Numbered from the stretch's first letter, positions 1 through 9,616 are shown. The stretch: DNA of 64,000 bases from an uncultured Alphaproteobacteria bacterium (GCA_965371625.1 CBDUZE010000001.1:71320-135319), one strand, 5' to 3'. Program-made: numbers and translations. Notes: a model not told the origin generated them from the sequence alone.

Positions 1-978
1 CGGGCGGCGTGATCAGGCGGATCGGCCGGTAGCAGCCCTCGTTCTGGAGGATCGTCGGCGTCACCATGTAGCGCACCGCGCAGTAGGCGGCGGAGTGGAC
101 CGACGACAGCGAGCAGTTGAAGGGCCCGGCGACCTCGGGGCTCGAGCCGGCGAAGTCGACGGTGACGTCGCCGTCCTCGAGGGTGACGGCGACGCGGATG
201 CGCACCGGCTCGTCGCTGACGCCGTCGTTGTCCATGAAGCCGTCGGCGCCGTAGGTGCCGTTGGGATAGGCGCGCAAGTCCTCGCGCATCAGGCGCTCGG
301 AGCTATCGAGGCAGGCGGCGACGATCTGCGCGAGCACGCTGGCGCCGTGCTTGGCGACCAGCTCCAGGTAACGGCGCTCGCCCACCGTCACGGCCGCGAT
401 CTGGGCCCGGATATCGCCCATGGTCTGGTGCGGCACGCGGATGTTGGCAGCGATCATGGCGAGGATCTCGTCGACCGGCTGGCCCCGCTTGACGAGCTTC
501 AGCGGCGGGATCATCAGGCCCTCCTCGAAGACGTCGCGGGCGTCGGTGGCGACGCTGCCCGGCGAGCGCCCGCCGACGTCGAGGTGATGGCCCAACGAGC
601 CCGCCATGGCGACCAGCCTCTCGCCCTCGAAGATCGGCTTGAAGATCATGATGTCGGGGTGATGGGTGCCGCCCATGTAGGGGTGGTTGAGGATCACCAC
701 GTCGCCGGGCTCGACCGTCATGGTGGCGAGCACGTGCTTGGCGGCGTGGCTCAGCGTGCCCTGATGGGAGGGCACGTGGTCGGCCTGGGCGATGAGCTGG
801 CCGCTGGGGTCGAACAGCGCCGTGGTGCAGTCCATGCTCTCGCGTATGATGGTCGAATAAGCCGTGCGCATCAGCGTCGTGCCCATCTCGCGCACCGCCG
901 AGACCAGGTAATTGCCCACCACCTCGAGCGTCACCGGATCGGCGTTGGTCATGGCCTGGGCCTCGGGCGGCGGTTTCA
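1..978 (-). CDS. hyuB: Hydantoinase B/oxoprolinase family protein (HyuB-like), 3' end truncated by window edge
   Basis: Minus-strand translation of 1-978 gives MKPPPEAQAMTNADPVTLEVVGNYL...HPYMGGTHHPDIMIFKPIF..., typical of hydantoinase B. The start ATG overlaps the hyuA stop (ATGA). The +strand ORF 95..1012 is its antisense artefact. Confidence 0.7.
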
Positions 979-3054
979 TCGCGCCGGCACCGTGATCAGG
1001 AGGTTGCCATAGGCGTCGACCGCGGCCTCGTGGCCGGGCATCAGCACGGTGGTCGCGGCGGGCTCCTCGATGATCGCCGGGCCGCTGATCCGGGCGCCCG
1101 CGGCCAGCGCCGAGCGCTCGAACACCGGTGTGATGAGCGCACCTCGGCCGCGCCCGAAGTGAACCGGGCGCTCCGCCTTGGGCGCGCTCGGGCGCTTCGG
1201 CCCGCCCTCCGGCAGGGGGCCGAGGCGGGCCTTCCGCACCGCGCCCACGCCGAGCACCCGGAAGTTGACCAGCTCCACCGCCTCGTCCTCGCTGGCGGCG
1301 CCGTAGAGCCGCCGGTGCTCGTCGTGGAAGCCGCGCAGCAGGGCCGCGAGGTCCGGGGCCGCGAGCTCCGAGGCGGCGCTGGCCCCGCCGGGGAGCGCGA
1401 CGTTGACCTCGTAGGCCTGGCCGCGGTAGCGCATGTCGCAGGAGCGCTCGATGGTGATCTCCTCGGGCTTCACCCCGTCGGCCGCCAGGTCGGCGGCGAG
1501 CGGCGCCTCGAGCTCGTGGTAGAGCGCGGCCAGGCGAGCGCCGTCGATGGCCTCGGCCGCCACCAGCCGGGTCATGGTCCGGGTGTACTTGATGTCGGTC
1601 ATCAGCATGCCGAGCGCCGACAGCACGCCGGGATGGACCGGCACCAGGATCCGCGTCATGCCGAGCTCCTCGGCCACCAGCCCGGCGTAGAGCGCGCCGG
1701 CGCCGCCGAAGGGCAGCAGCGCGAACTCGCGGGGGTCGAGGCCGCGCTGCACCGAGACGGCACGGATGCCCGAGACCATGTTGGCGACCTGGACCTCGAC
1801 CACCGCCGCCGCGGCCTCCGCCACCTCGAGGCCCATGGGCCCTGCGATGGCCTCGTCGATCGCGGCCCGGGCGCGCTCCAGATCGAGCGCGATCTCGCCG
1901 CCCAGGAAGTACCCGGGATCGATGAAGCCGAGCGCCAGGGCGCAGTCGGTGCTGGTCGGCGCGGCGCCGCCGCGGCCGTAGCAGACCGGGCCGGGATCGG
2001 CGCCGGCGCTCTCGGGGCCGACCTTGAGGGCGCCGCGATCGAGGCGCGCGATGCTGCCGCCGCCAGCGCCGATGGTGTGGATGTCGATCTGGGGCACCTT
2101 GACCGGCAGGCCGCCGAGGCGGCCCTCGGGCGAGAGCCCGACCCGGCCCCCCTGGACCAGGCAGATGTCGAGGCTGGTGCCGCCCATGTCCATGGTCACG
2201 AGGTCGTCGAGACCGGCCAGCTTGGCCACCTCGACGGCGCCGACCACGCCCGCGGCGGGGCCCGAGAGCAGGGTGTGGACGGCGTGGCTGCGGGCCCGCT
2301 CGGCACTCATCAGGCCGCCGTTCGACTGCACGATGCGCAGCCCCGCCGGGCACCCGAGGTCGCTGAGCACGCCCTCGAGGCGCGCCGCCAGGCGATCGAT
2401 CTTGGGGCTGACGTAGGCGTTCATGGCCGTGGTGCAGCTGCGCTCGTACTCGCGGAACTCAGGGCACACCTCGGACGACAGCGTGACGTGGAGGCCCGGC
2501 GCGCGGGCGCGGATCGCCGCGCCGATACGGCGCTCGTGGCCGGGCTCGAGGAAGCCGAAGATCAGGCACACCGCCACCGCCTCGACCCCGAGGCCGGCGA
2601 CCGCCTCGGCGACGCGCTCGGCCTCGGCGGTGCTCAGCGCCTCGACCACCGCGCCGTCGGCGGCGATGCGCTCCCGGGCCTCGAGCCGCCAGCGCCGCGG
2701 CACCAGGGGCTCGGGCTTCATCAGCGCGAGATCGAACAGGCGGTGGCGCCACTGGCGCTGGATCTCGAGCACGTCGCGGGTGCCCCGGGTGGCAACGAGC
2801 GCGGTGCGCGCGCCCGCGCGCTCGAGCACCGCGTTGGTGGCGACGGTGGTGCCGAAGATGAAGCGCCCGATGGCACGCGGCGAAACACCGTGACGCTCGG
2901 CCAGGCGCTCGAGCCCGCGCCGCACCGCCCGCGCCGGATCGTCGCGCACCGAGGGCACCTTGAAGGTGACGATCTCGCCGCTCGCGGTGTCGAGCACCAC
3001 GAAGTCGGTGAAGGTGCCGCCGGTGTCGGCGCCGAGGAAGAAGCCGGTGCTCAT
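976..3054 (-). CDS. hyuA: Hydantoinase A/oxoprolinase family protein (HyuA-like, ATP-dependent)
   Basis: ORF 976..3198 trimmed to the Met of MSTGFFLGADTGGTFTDFVVLD (actin-like ATPase fold N-terminus of hydantoinase A). About 693 aa, upstream of hyuB and translationally coupled to it. Confidence 0.75.
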   Translation of the reverse strand: MSTGFFLGADTGGTFTDFVVLDTASGEIVTFKVPSVRDDPARAVRRGLERLAERHGVSPRAIGRFIFGTTVATNAVLERAGARTALVATRGTRDVLEIQRQWRHRLFDLALMKPEPLVPRRWRLEARERIAADGAVVEALSTAEAERVAEAVAGLGVEAVAVCLIFGFLEPGHERRIGAAIRARAPGLHVTLSSEVCPEFREYERSCTTAMNAYVSPKIDRLAARLEGVLSDLGCPAGLRIVQSNGGLMSAERARSHAVHTLLSGPAAGVVGAVEVAKLAGLDDLVTMDMGGTSLDICLVQGGRVGLSPEGRLGGLPVKVPQIDIHTIGAGGGSIARLDRGALKVGPESAGADPGPVCYGRGGAAPTSTDCALALGFIDPGYFLGGEIALDLERARAAIDEAIAGPMGLEVAEAAAAVVEVQVANMVSGIRAVSVQRGLDPREFALLPFGGAGALYAGLVAEELGMTRILVPVHPGVLSALGMLMTDIKYTRTMTRLVAAEAIDGARLAALYHELEAPLAADLAADGVKPEEITIERSCDMRYRGQAYEVNVALPGGASAASELAAPDLAALLRGFHDEHRRLYGAASEDEAVELVNFRVLGVGAVRKARLGPLPEGGPKRPSAPKAERPVHFGRGRGALITPVFERSALAAGARISGPAIIEEPAATTVLMPGHEAAVDAYGNLLITVPAR

Positions 3055-3298
3055 GCTGCCGTAATTGCCCCCTCCGCGCCCCGCGCCGCTCCGATCCGCG
3101 CAAGGCCGACGCGCGAGCGCTCGATTGATTGTCAGATTAACCCGGATTCCCGAACCGCGGCGCAAGTTCAAAGCGCGGGCCGGCACCGCGCATTGCAATG
3201 AGCCCCTGGAACCCCCAAACTCCGGGGCCGCGACGGACGGTCAGGGGGAGGAGGGGCGTGCCACTCTTGCGACGCGACGGAAGCCACGGGGCGCGCCC

Positions 3299-5002
3299 GT
3301 GACCGAGGTGATCGCGACCGACGTGCTGGTGATCGGGGGCGGCGCCGCCGGCGCCAACGCGGCGCTCAAGGCGGCGGATCGGGGCGCCCGGGTGCTGATC
3401 GTGGTCAAGGGCCTGCTCGGCAAGAGCGGCTGCTCGATCTTCGCCAGCCACCTGCCCTATCACGACGTCACCACCGCCGAGAAGGGTCGCGACCGCTTCC
3501 GCTACTCGGTGCGCTACTACAACCACTATCTCACCGACCAGGAGCACGTGAAGCGCATGGGCCGGTACATGCGCAGCGAGTTCTTCGACGAGCTCGAGGA
3601 GCTCGGCCTTTACTGGCGCCGCACCGAGGACGGCGAGCTGATGCCGAGCCTCAACCGGGTGCCGGTGCTGGTGGCCCACAAGCAGGGCGCCTCGGGCGTG
3701 ATCCTCATGGACAAGCGGCGGCGCCAGATCCTGGGCCGCGGCATCCCGCTGCACGAGGAGTGCGCGGCGACATCGCTCCTCGTGGACGACGGCCGGGTGG
3801 TCGGCGCCACGGTGCTCGATCACCGCCGCGGCGAGCTCTTCGCGGTGCTGGCCAAGAGCACCATCGTCGCCACCGGACATTCGGACTACCTCGCGACCCG
3901 GGCCACCGCGACGCGGGAGCAGTCGGCCGACGGCATCGCCATGGCGCTCGGCGCCGGCGCCGAACTCGCCAACCTCGAGATCCAGTGGTGGCACGTCAGC
4001 GACATGGCCGAGCCCCGCACCTGGATGCGCCTGCACCTCTACCCCAACCCCCTCCTGGGCACGGCCGAGACCGCGCGCCTCTATAACTCAGAGGGCGAGA
4101 TGTTCTACGAGCAGGTCAGCCACAGCCCGGGCTCCTCGGCGCCCTACGTCGAGCAGATCCGCCGCCTCAGCCTCGAGGTCGAGGCCGGCAAGGCGCGCTG
4201 GGACGGGGGCTACACCTCGGGCTACGACCACATTCCGCCCGAGGTCATCAAGAGCCATCAGCACCAGGCCAAGGTGTGGGGCAAGCTGGGCCTCGACGTG
4301 GGCTCCGACCGCCTGGAGTGCGGCATCACCTGGCACATGCGCCAGGGCGGTATCGACGTCGACCCCGAGACGATGCGGACCAGCGTCCCCGGCCTCTACG
4401 CCGCCGGCGGCATCGGCGGCCATTACCTGGGCGGGGTGGGGCCGGTGAGCTACGACGGCAAGGTGGCGGGCGAGGCCGCCGCCGAGCAGGCCGGGGCGGA
4501 AAGCGAGCCGCGGCCGCCGACGGAAGCCATCGCCGCCGAGGAGCAGCGGGTCTTCGGCTTCCTCCAGGCCGGCAGGGGTGGCCCCCGCCCGATCGAGCTC
4601 AAGCTGCGCCTGCGCGAGATCATGTGGAAGCTCGGCTACGTCAAGAACGAGGCCAAGCTCGGCGCCGCCCTCGAGCGGATCGAAGCGCTGCGCGCGCGCG
4701 AGCTGCCGCGCCTCCGGCTCGAGCACGCCTCGCGGGCCTGGAACAGCGGCTGGGGCGACGCGCTCGACCTCTGCTCGATGCTCGACGCCTGCGAGGCCAC
4801 GGTGCGCTCAGGACTCTTGAGGAAGGAGAGCCGGGGGCCGTTCTACCGCGAGGACTATCCTTTCGTCGACAACGAGAACTGGCTCAGGAAGGTGATCTTG
4901 AGCCGCGTCGACGGCAAGTGGGGCTCCCGCACCGAGCCCTACGCCCTGCCCTATCTCACCCCCGAGAAGGGCCGCGAGCCCTTCTTCGAGGCGGACTATT
5001 AG
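3299..5002 (+). CDS. Succinate dehydrogenase/fumarate reductase flavoprotein-family FAD oxidoreductase, paralog 1 (non-covalent FAD type)
   Basis: DVLVIGGGAAGANAALKAA Rossmann motif near the N-terminus. C-terminal ESRGPFYREDYPFVDNENWLRKV matches the Sdh/Frd flavoprotein C-terminal domain. GKSGCS replaces the RSHT covalent-FAD motif. Start set at an in-frame GTG by analogy with paralog 2; the 3065 ATG would leave no promoter space against hyuA. Confidence 0.65.
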   Translation: MTEVIATDVLVIGGGAAGANAALKAADRGARVLIVVKGLLGKSGCSIFASHLPYHDVTTAEKGRDRFRYSVRYYNHYLTDQEHVKRMGRYMRSEFFDELEELGLYWRRTEDGELMPSLNRVPVLVAHKQGASGVILMDKRRRQILGRGIPLHEECAATSLLVDDGRVVGATVLDHRRGELFAVLAKSTIVATGHSDYLATRATATREQSADGIAMALGAGAELANLEIQWWHVSDMAEPRTWMRLHLYPNPLLGTAETARLYNSEGEMFYEQVSHSPGSSAPYVEQIRRLSLEVEAGKARWDGGYTSGYDHIPPEVIKSHQHQAKVWGKLGLDVGSDRLECGITWHMRQGGIDVDPETMRTSVPGLYAAGGIGGHYLGGVGPVSYDGKVAGEAAAEQAGAESEPRPPTEAIAAEEQRVFGFLQAGRGGPRPIELKLRLREIMWKLGYVKNEAKLGAALERIEALRARELPRLRLEHASRAWNSGWGDALDLCSMLDACEATVRSGLLRKESRGPFYREDYPFVDNENWLRKVILSRVDGKWGSRTEPYALPYLTPEKGREPFFEADY

Positions 5003-5020
5003 CATGCCCGCGCGGCAGCG

Positions 5021-6742
5021 ATGGCGGGAGGGTTTAGGGTGACCGGGGTGCTCTCGACCGACGTCCTGGTGATCGGCGGCGGCGCCGCCGGTGCCCACAC
5101 CGCGCTCGAGGCGGCGGCCCGCGGGGCCCGGGTACAGATGGTCGTCAAGGGCCTTTTGGGCAAGAGCGGCTGCTCGATCTTCGCCGGCTACTTCCCCTAC
5201 CCCGATGTGACGACGCCGGAAAAAAGCCACGAGCGGCTCGTCAACTCGGTGCGCTACTACAACCACTACCTCACCGATCAGGACTACGTGATGCGCATGG
5301 AAGCCTACATGCGCGACGAGTTCTTCGCCGAGCTCGAGCGCCTCGGCGTCTATTGGCGGCGCCGCGACGACGGCGCGCTCGAGGTGAGCCCCAACCGCGG
5401 CCGGCTGGTGGTGGCCCAGAAGCAGGGCGCCTCGGGCACCATCATCATGGACAAGCTGAGGCGGCGCATCCTGAGCCTGGGCATCCCGGTGCGCGAGGAG
5501 TGCGCCGCCACCGGCCTTTTGGTCGACGACGGCCGCGTGGTGGGCGCCACCGTGCTCGACACCCGCCGCGGCGAGCTCTTCGTGGTGCTGGCCAAGGCCA
5601 CCGTCATCGCCACCGGCCATTCGGACTTCCTGGCGCGGCGCGCCACCGCGACGCGCGAGCAGTCGGCCGACGGCATCGCCATGGCGCTCGGCGCCGGCGC
5701 CGAGCTCGCCAACCTCGAGATCCAGTGGTGGCACGTCAGCGACATGGCCGAGCCCCGGGCCTGGATGCGCATGCACATCACGCCGAGCGGCCTGCTGGGC
5801 ACGGCCGAGACCGCGCGCCTCTACAACGCCAACGGCGAGATGTTCTACGAGCAGGCCACCCACAGCCCCACCTCGACAATCCCCTATGTCGAGCAGCTGC
5901 GCCGCCTCAGCCGCCAGGTCGAAGCGGGAACGGCGCGCTGGGACGGCGGCTACTACTCGGGCTACGACCACATCCCGCCCGAGGTCATCGAGAGCGGCCA
6001 GCAGCACGCCAAGGTGTGGCAGAAGCTCGGCCTCGAGCTCGGCAAGGACCGCCTGGAAGGCGGCATCTCCTGGCACATGCGCCAGGGCGGCATCGACCTC
6101 GAGCCTGAGACCATGCAGACCAGGGTGCCGGGGCTCTACGCCGCCGGGGCGGTCGGCGGCCACTACCTGGGCGGGCTGGCGCCGGCCAGTTACGACGGCC
6201 GCGTGGCCGGCGCGGCCACGGCCGAGTTCGCCGCCGCGACCCCGGCGCCGGCGCCGCCCGAGGGGGCCATCGCCGCCGAGCAAGAGCGGGTCTTGGGCTT
6301 GCTCCGGACCGCCGCCGAGGGGCCCCGTCCCACCGAGCTCAAGACCCGGGTGCGCGAGATCATGTGGCAGCTCGGCTACGTCAAGAACGAGGCCAAGCTC
6401 GGCGCCGCCCTGGCCGCGCTCGAGAGCGTGCGCGAGGAAGAGCTCCCGCGCCTCCGGCTCGAGCGCGCCGCGCGGACCTGGAACACCGACTGGCTCGATG
6501 CCCTCGACCTCTGCTCGATGCTCGATGCCTGCGAGGCCGCGGTGCGCTCAGGGCTCGTTCGCACCGAGAGCCGGGGGCCCTTCTTCCGCGATGACTACGC
6601 TTACGTCGATAACGCGAACTGGCTGCGCAAGGTGCTGATCAGCCGGGCCGACGGGGAGTGGGGTTCGCGCACCGAGCCCTACGACCTGCCCTACGTCCGT
6701 CCCGAGGCGGACCGCGAGCCCTTCTTCGAGGTGGACTACTGA
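5021..6742 (+). CDS. Succinate dehydrogenase/fumarate reductase flavoprotein-family FAD oxidoreductase, paralog 2
   Basis: 573-aa ORF about 75% identical to paralog 1 over its full length, with the same FAD N-terminal and Sdh/Frd C-terminal signatures. Confidence 0.75.
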   Translation: MAGGFRVTGVLSTDVLVIGGGAAGAHTALEAAARGARVQMVVKGLLGKSGCSIFAGYFPYPDVTTPEKSHERLVNSVRYYNHYLTDQDYVMRMEAYMRDEFFAELERLGVYWRRRDDGALEVSPNRGRLVVAQKQGASGTIIMDKLRRRILSLGIPVREECAATGLLVDDGRVVGATVLDTRRGELFVVLAKATVIATGHSDFLARRATATREQSADGIAMALGAGAELANLEIQWWHVSDMAEPRAWMRMHITPSGLLGTAETARLYNANGEMFYEQATHSPTSTIPYVEQLRRLSRQVEAGTARWDGGYYSGYDHIPPEVIESGQQHAKVWQKLGLELGKDRLEGGISWHMRQGGIDLEPETMQTRVPGLYAAGAVGGHYLGGLAPASYDGRVAGAATAEFAAATPAPAPPEGAIAAEQERVLGLLRTAAEGPRPTELKTRVREIMWQLGYVKNEAKLGAALAALESVREEELPRLRLERAARTWNTDWLDALDLCSMLDACEAAVRSGLVRTESRGPFFRDDYAYVDNANWLRKVLISRADGEWGSRTEPYDLPYVRPEADREPFFEVDY

Positions 6743-6743
6743 C

Positions 6744-7667
6744 ATGGACGTGATCTCAGCCCGCATCTTCCGCTTCGATCCCGCGAGCGACGAGGGCCCG
6801 CGCTACGACACCTTCGAGGTGCCGGCGGCGCCCCGCATGCGGGTGCTCGACGTGCTCGACTACGTCCACGAGCGCCTGGCCCAGGACATCGCCTACCGCT
6901 GGTTCTGTGGCGTCAAGAAGTGCGGCACCTGCGCGGTGACCGTGAACGGCTCGCCGGCGCTGGCCTGCTGGGAGGCGGCTCAGCCCGAGATGACCATCGA
7001 GCCGCTCAACAACCTGCCCGTGGTGCGCGACCTGGTGACCGAGCGCGAGCCCTACGAGAAGCTCTTAGCCCAGCTCTCTCCCTTGCTCGTCCGCAAGGAC
7101 GACTACCCCGGCTTCCCCGAGCCCCTGTCGGCGCTCGAGATGGCGCCGGCGCGCCACCTGCGCGACTGCATCCAGTGCCTCGCCTGCGTCGCCGCCTGTC
7201 CGGTGCTGGAGCAGCCCGAGAGCGGCTTCGCCGGCCCCGCCGCCCTGGTGGCGCTGGCCGAGCTCGCGCTCGACCCCCGCGACGGCGCCGACCGCGCCCG
7301 GCTGGCGCAAGAGATCGGCCAGGTCTTCAAGTGCGTCTCATGTTACGAGTGCGAGCGCGTGTGCCCGGCCGAGATCCCCATCGTCGGCGACGCCATCGAA
7401 CCCTTGAAGCGCATGGTCACCCGGCGCGGCGAGGGCGCGGGCGCCGGCCACGCCAGGGCCTTCCTCGAGGTGGTCAAGGCGCACGGCAAGCTCAACGCGC
7501 CGCGCCTGGCGCTGCGCACTCGAGGCCTCACTCTCGATGCTTTGAGGACCGGGGCGCGCCTCGCCGCCCGCGGCAAGGTCGACCTGGTCGAGGCTTTCCT
7601 GGGGCGCCCGCCCAAGGGCGCGGCGGCGCTGCGACGAACCTTGGACGCCAGCGAGGACGACCGATGA
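6744..7667 (+). CDS. Iron-sulfur subunit (SdhB/FrdB-like; 2Fe-2S ferredoxin-like domain plus 4Fe-4S cysteine clusters)
   Basis: CGTCAV 2Fe-2S-like motif. CIQCLACVAACP and CVSCYECERVCP cluster motifs. Immediately follows the flavoprotein genes. Confidence 0.75.
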   Translation: MDVISARIFRFDPASDEGPRYDTFEVPAAPRMRVLDVLDYVHERLAQDIAYRWFCGVKKCGTCAVTVNGSPALACWEAAQPEMTIEPLNNLPVVRDLVTEREPYEKLLAQLSPLLVRKDDYPGFPEPLSALEMAPARHLRDCIQCLACVAACPVLEQPESGFAGPAALVALAELALDPRDGADRARLAQEIGQVFKCVSCYECERVCPAEIPIVGDAIEPLKRMVTRRGEGAGAGHARAFLEVVKAHGKLNAPRLALRTRGLTLDALRTGARLAARGKVDLVEAFLGRPPKGAAALRRTLDASEDDR

Positions 7668-8554
7668 CCCGGCGCTACGCCTACTTCCCCGGCTGCTCGG
7701 CCAAGGGCAGCTGCCGCGAGCTCGACATCAGCACCCTGGCCGTGGCCCGTGCCTTCGACATCGAGCTTACCGAGCTCGAGGACGCCGGCTGCACCGGCGC
7801 GCGGGAGTTCCGCGCCATCAGCGAGCAGCTCCAGCTCACCGCCAATGGCCGCATCCTGGCCCTGGCCGAGGCGCAAGGCTCGGACCTGGTGGCGGTCTGC
7901 GACACCTGTCTGTTGAACCTGATGGAGACCAACCAGCGGCTGAAGGCCGACCCGGCCGCCCTCGAGACGGTCAACCGTGCCCTCGCTGAGGGGGACCTCG
8001 AATACCGCGGCGGGATCGCGGTCAAGCACTTCCTCTGGGTGCTCTCGGAGGACGTGGGCGAGGCGCGGCTCCGCGAACGGGTGACGCGGCCCTTGAACGG
8101 GCTTCGGGTGGCGCCGTTCTACGGCTGCCACATCCGCCGCCCGGCGAGCGCCTACGGCGCCGAGGTCCCGGACCGGGCGACCTCGCTCGACCGCCTCTGC
8201 GAGATCGTCGGCGCCGAGCCGGTGGCCTACGACGGCGCCGACAAGTGCTGCGGCTTCCACGTCGTGATGGCGGAGGAGAAGATCGCGCTTCGGATGGGCG
8301 GCGCCCGCCTCGCCGGCGCCCGCGACCAGGGCGCCGACTGCCTGGTGACGCCCTGCCCGCTCTGCCACACCGTGCTCGACGCCTATCAGCCCAACATCGA
8401 GCGCCAGCTCGAGCAGCGCTTCGAGATCCCCATCCTCCACGTCTCGCAGCTGATGGGGCTCGCTCTGGGGCTTTCACCCGAGGCGCTCGCCCTCCCCCGC
8501 CACATGGTCGACGCCGGCGGGGTGCTCGCGGCGGTCGGGGGCGAGAACGCCTGA
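7664..8554 (+). CDS. CCG-domain subunit (HdrB/SdhE/TfrB-like, two cysteine-rich CCG motifs)
   Basis: Start ATG overlaps the upstream stop (ATGA). Motifs YFPGCSAKGSC, FYGCHIRRP and CPLCHTVLDAY are typical of heterodisulfide-reductase subunit B-like domains, as found in type E Sdh and in MfrE/TfrB. Confidence 0.7.
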   Translation: MTRRYAYFPGCSAKGSCRELDISTLAVARAFDIELTELEDAGCTGAREFRAISEQLQLTANGRILALAEAQGSDLVAVCDTCLLNLMETNQRLKADPAALETVNRALAEGDLEYRGGIAVKHFLWVLSEDVGEARLRERVTRPLNGLRVAPFYGCHIRRPASAYGAEVPDRATSLDRLCEIVGAEPVAYDGADKCCGFHVVMAEEKIALRMGGARLAGARDQGADCLVTPCPLCHTVLDAYQPNIERQLEQRFEIPILHVSQLMGLALGLSPEALALPRHMVDAGGVLAAVGGENA

Positions 8555-8591
8555 ACGGGCCCCCAAAGCCCGGCTCCGGCGAACCTGATGT

Positions 8592-9443
8592 TCAAGCGAC
8601 CAGAGGCATCTCGATCGGCTTGACCTGATCGATCGTGCTTTTGTTGATGATCTCGAGCTCCTCCCGCTCGGTCTCGATTGGGAAGAAACTCAGATCGCTG
8701 TTCAGGACATCGACCACACGTTGATGTTCCGTAACGAAGACCTTCCCTTTCCTTGTCTCGCCGTCAATCGTGATGATCTCGACCTCGAGCCGGTCGAGGC
8801 TGGTAGACACCTTCATTGGGGCGCCATTGTCGATGGGAATGACCCGTGAAAGAGTCGCCTTGGTGATCACCTGGAACTCCCCGTCGTCGCTCTCGAACGG
8901 CAGAAAGCTCTTTTCATTGGCAATCACGTCGGACACCCGTTCGCCCTTGGCACAATAGATTTTCCCCTGGAGGACGCTGCCATCGAGCTTTACAAGCCGC
9001 ACCGTGGCAGGGTCCTTGTGTTGCCAATTGCTGTTTTCCATATCCGCCTTCCTTTCCTGCGTCACTTGGACCGCCAGTGCCTCACCAATCTCCGCAATAA
9101 AATTCTGCTTGGAAACGGCGATCGCGGCAGTCATGCCTTTGGCTACGCTTAACGTCCTGGCCATTTCCGCGTACTTCGGCGAGTAGCCGGTAACGATGAT
9201 CAACCTGGCTGTGCATCCTTGGTCGCCCAGCCAGTTGATCAATTCGATGCCGTCGACGTCGGGCATCACCACTTCGAGCATGATTACGTCCGGATTGAAG
9301 GTCTCGAATGACTCTTTGAAATCCCGCGCCCGGGTCGTGACATTGACCTCGAAGCCAGCCTCATCGGCGGCCTGGCGCACGTACTCGCCGAAGTCTTTAT
9401 CGTTGTCGATAATCAGGAAGCGATTCTTGCTCACAACCAACAT
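8592..9443 (-). CDS. Atypical single-domain response regulator (Glu at the phospho-acceptor position) fused to two tandem copies of an uncharacterised ~65-aa domain
   Basis: N-terminal REC fold (LIIDNDKD...DVIMLEVVMPDVDG...LIIVTGY...SKQ). The residue aligned to the phosphorylatable Asp is Glu. The C-terminus holds two repeats of pattern DGxxxxGKxxxxxxxRVxDVxNxxxxFxPxExxxxExxxIxKxxIxxVxPI. Lower GC than surroundings. Start chosen at MLVVSKN. Confidence 0.6.
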   Translation of the reverse strand: MLVVSKNRFLIIDNDKDFGEYVRQAADEAGFEVNVTTRARDFKESFETFNPDVIMLEVVMPDVDGIELINWLGDQGCTARLIIVTGYSPKYAEMARTLSVAKGMTAAIAVSKQNFIAEIGEALAVQVTQERKADMENSNWQHKDPATVRLVKLDGSVLQGKIYCAKGERVSDVIANEKSFLPFESDDGEFQVITKATLSRVIPIDNGAPMKVSTSLDRLEVEIITIDGETRKGKVFVTEHQRVVDVLNSDLSFFPIETEREELEIINKSTIDQVKPIEMPLVA

Positions 9444-9455
9444 CCAACACAAATT

Positions 9456-9487
9456 GTGGCGACACCATTGGACGTGGCGACACCATT
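9456..9487. promoter_or_regulatory. 14-bp direct repeat GTGGCGACACCATT x2 (18-bp period) immediately upstream of the response-regulator start
   Basis: Read directly in sequence at 9456-9469 and 9474-9487. Lies in the divergent RR/luxI intergenic region. Confidence 0.5.
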
Positions 9488-9616
9488 AGGGTACGGGGCG
9501 AAACCGTCGGTCCGCACACTATCGACGGGCAGAGCCCGACTACACCTGTCATCTCCTCAAGAATATGGCCTGTCAACTCGTCCAAAAGGCGGATGTATCT
9601 CCTCGTGGGAGTCCTT

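Noticed and set aside
95-1012. 305-aa +strand ORF
   Set aside because: Antisense to the hyuB coding sequence. Arg/Gly/Ala/Asp-rich composition typical of out-of-frame translation of high-GC DNA.
1030-3201. 723-aa +strand ORF
   Set aside because: Antisense to hyuA; low-complexity RG-rich translation. hyuA has clear family motifs on the minus strand.
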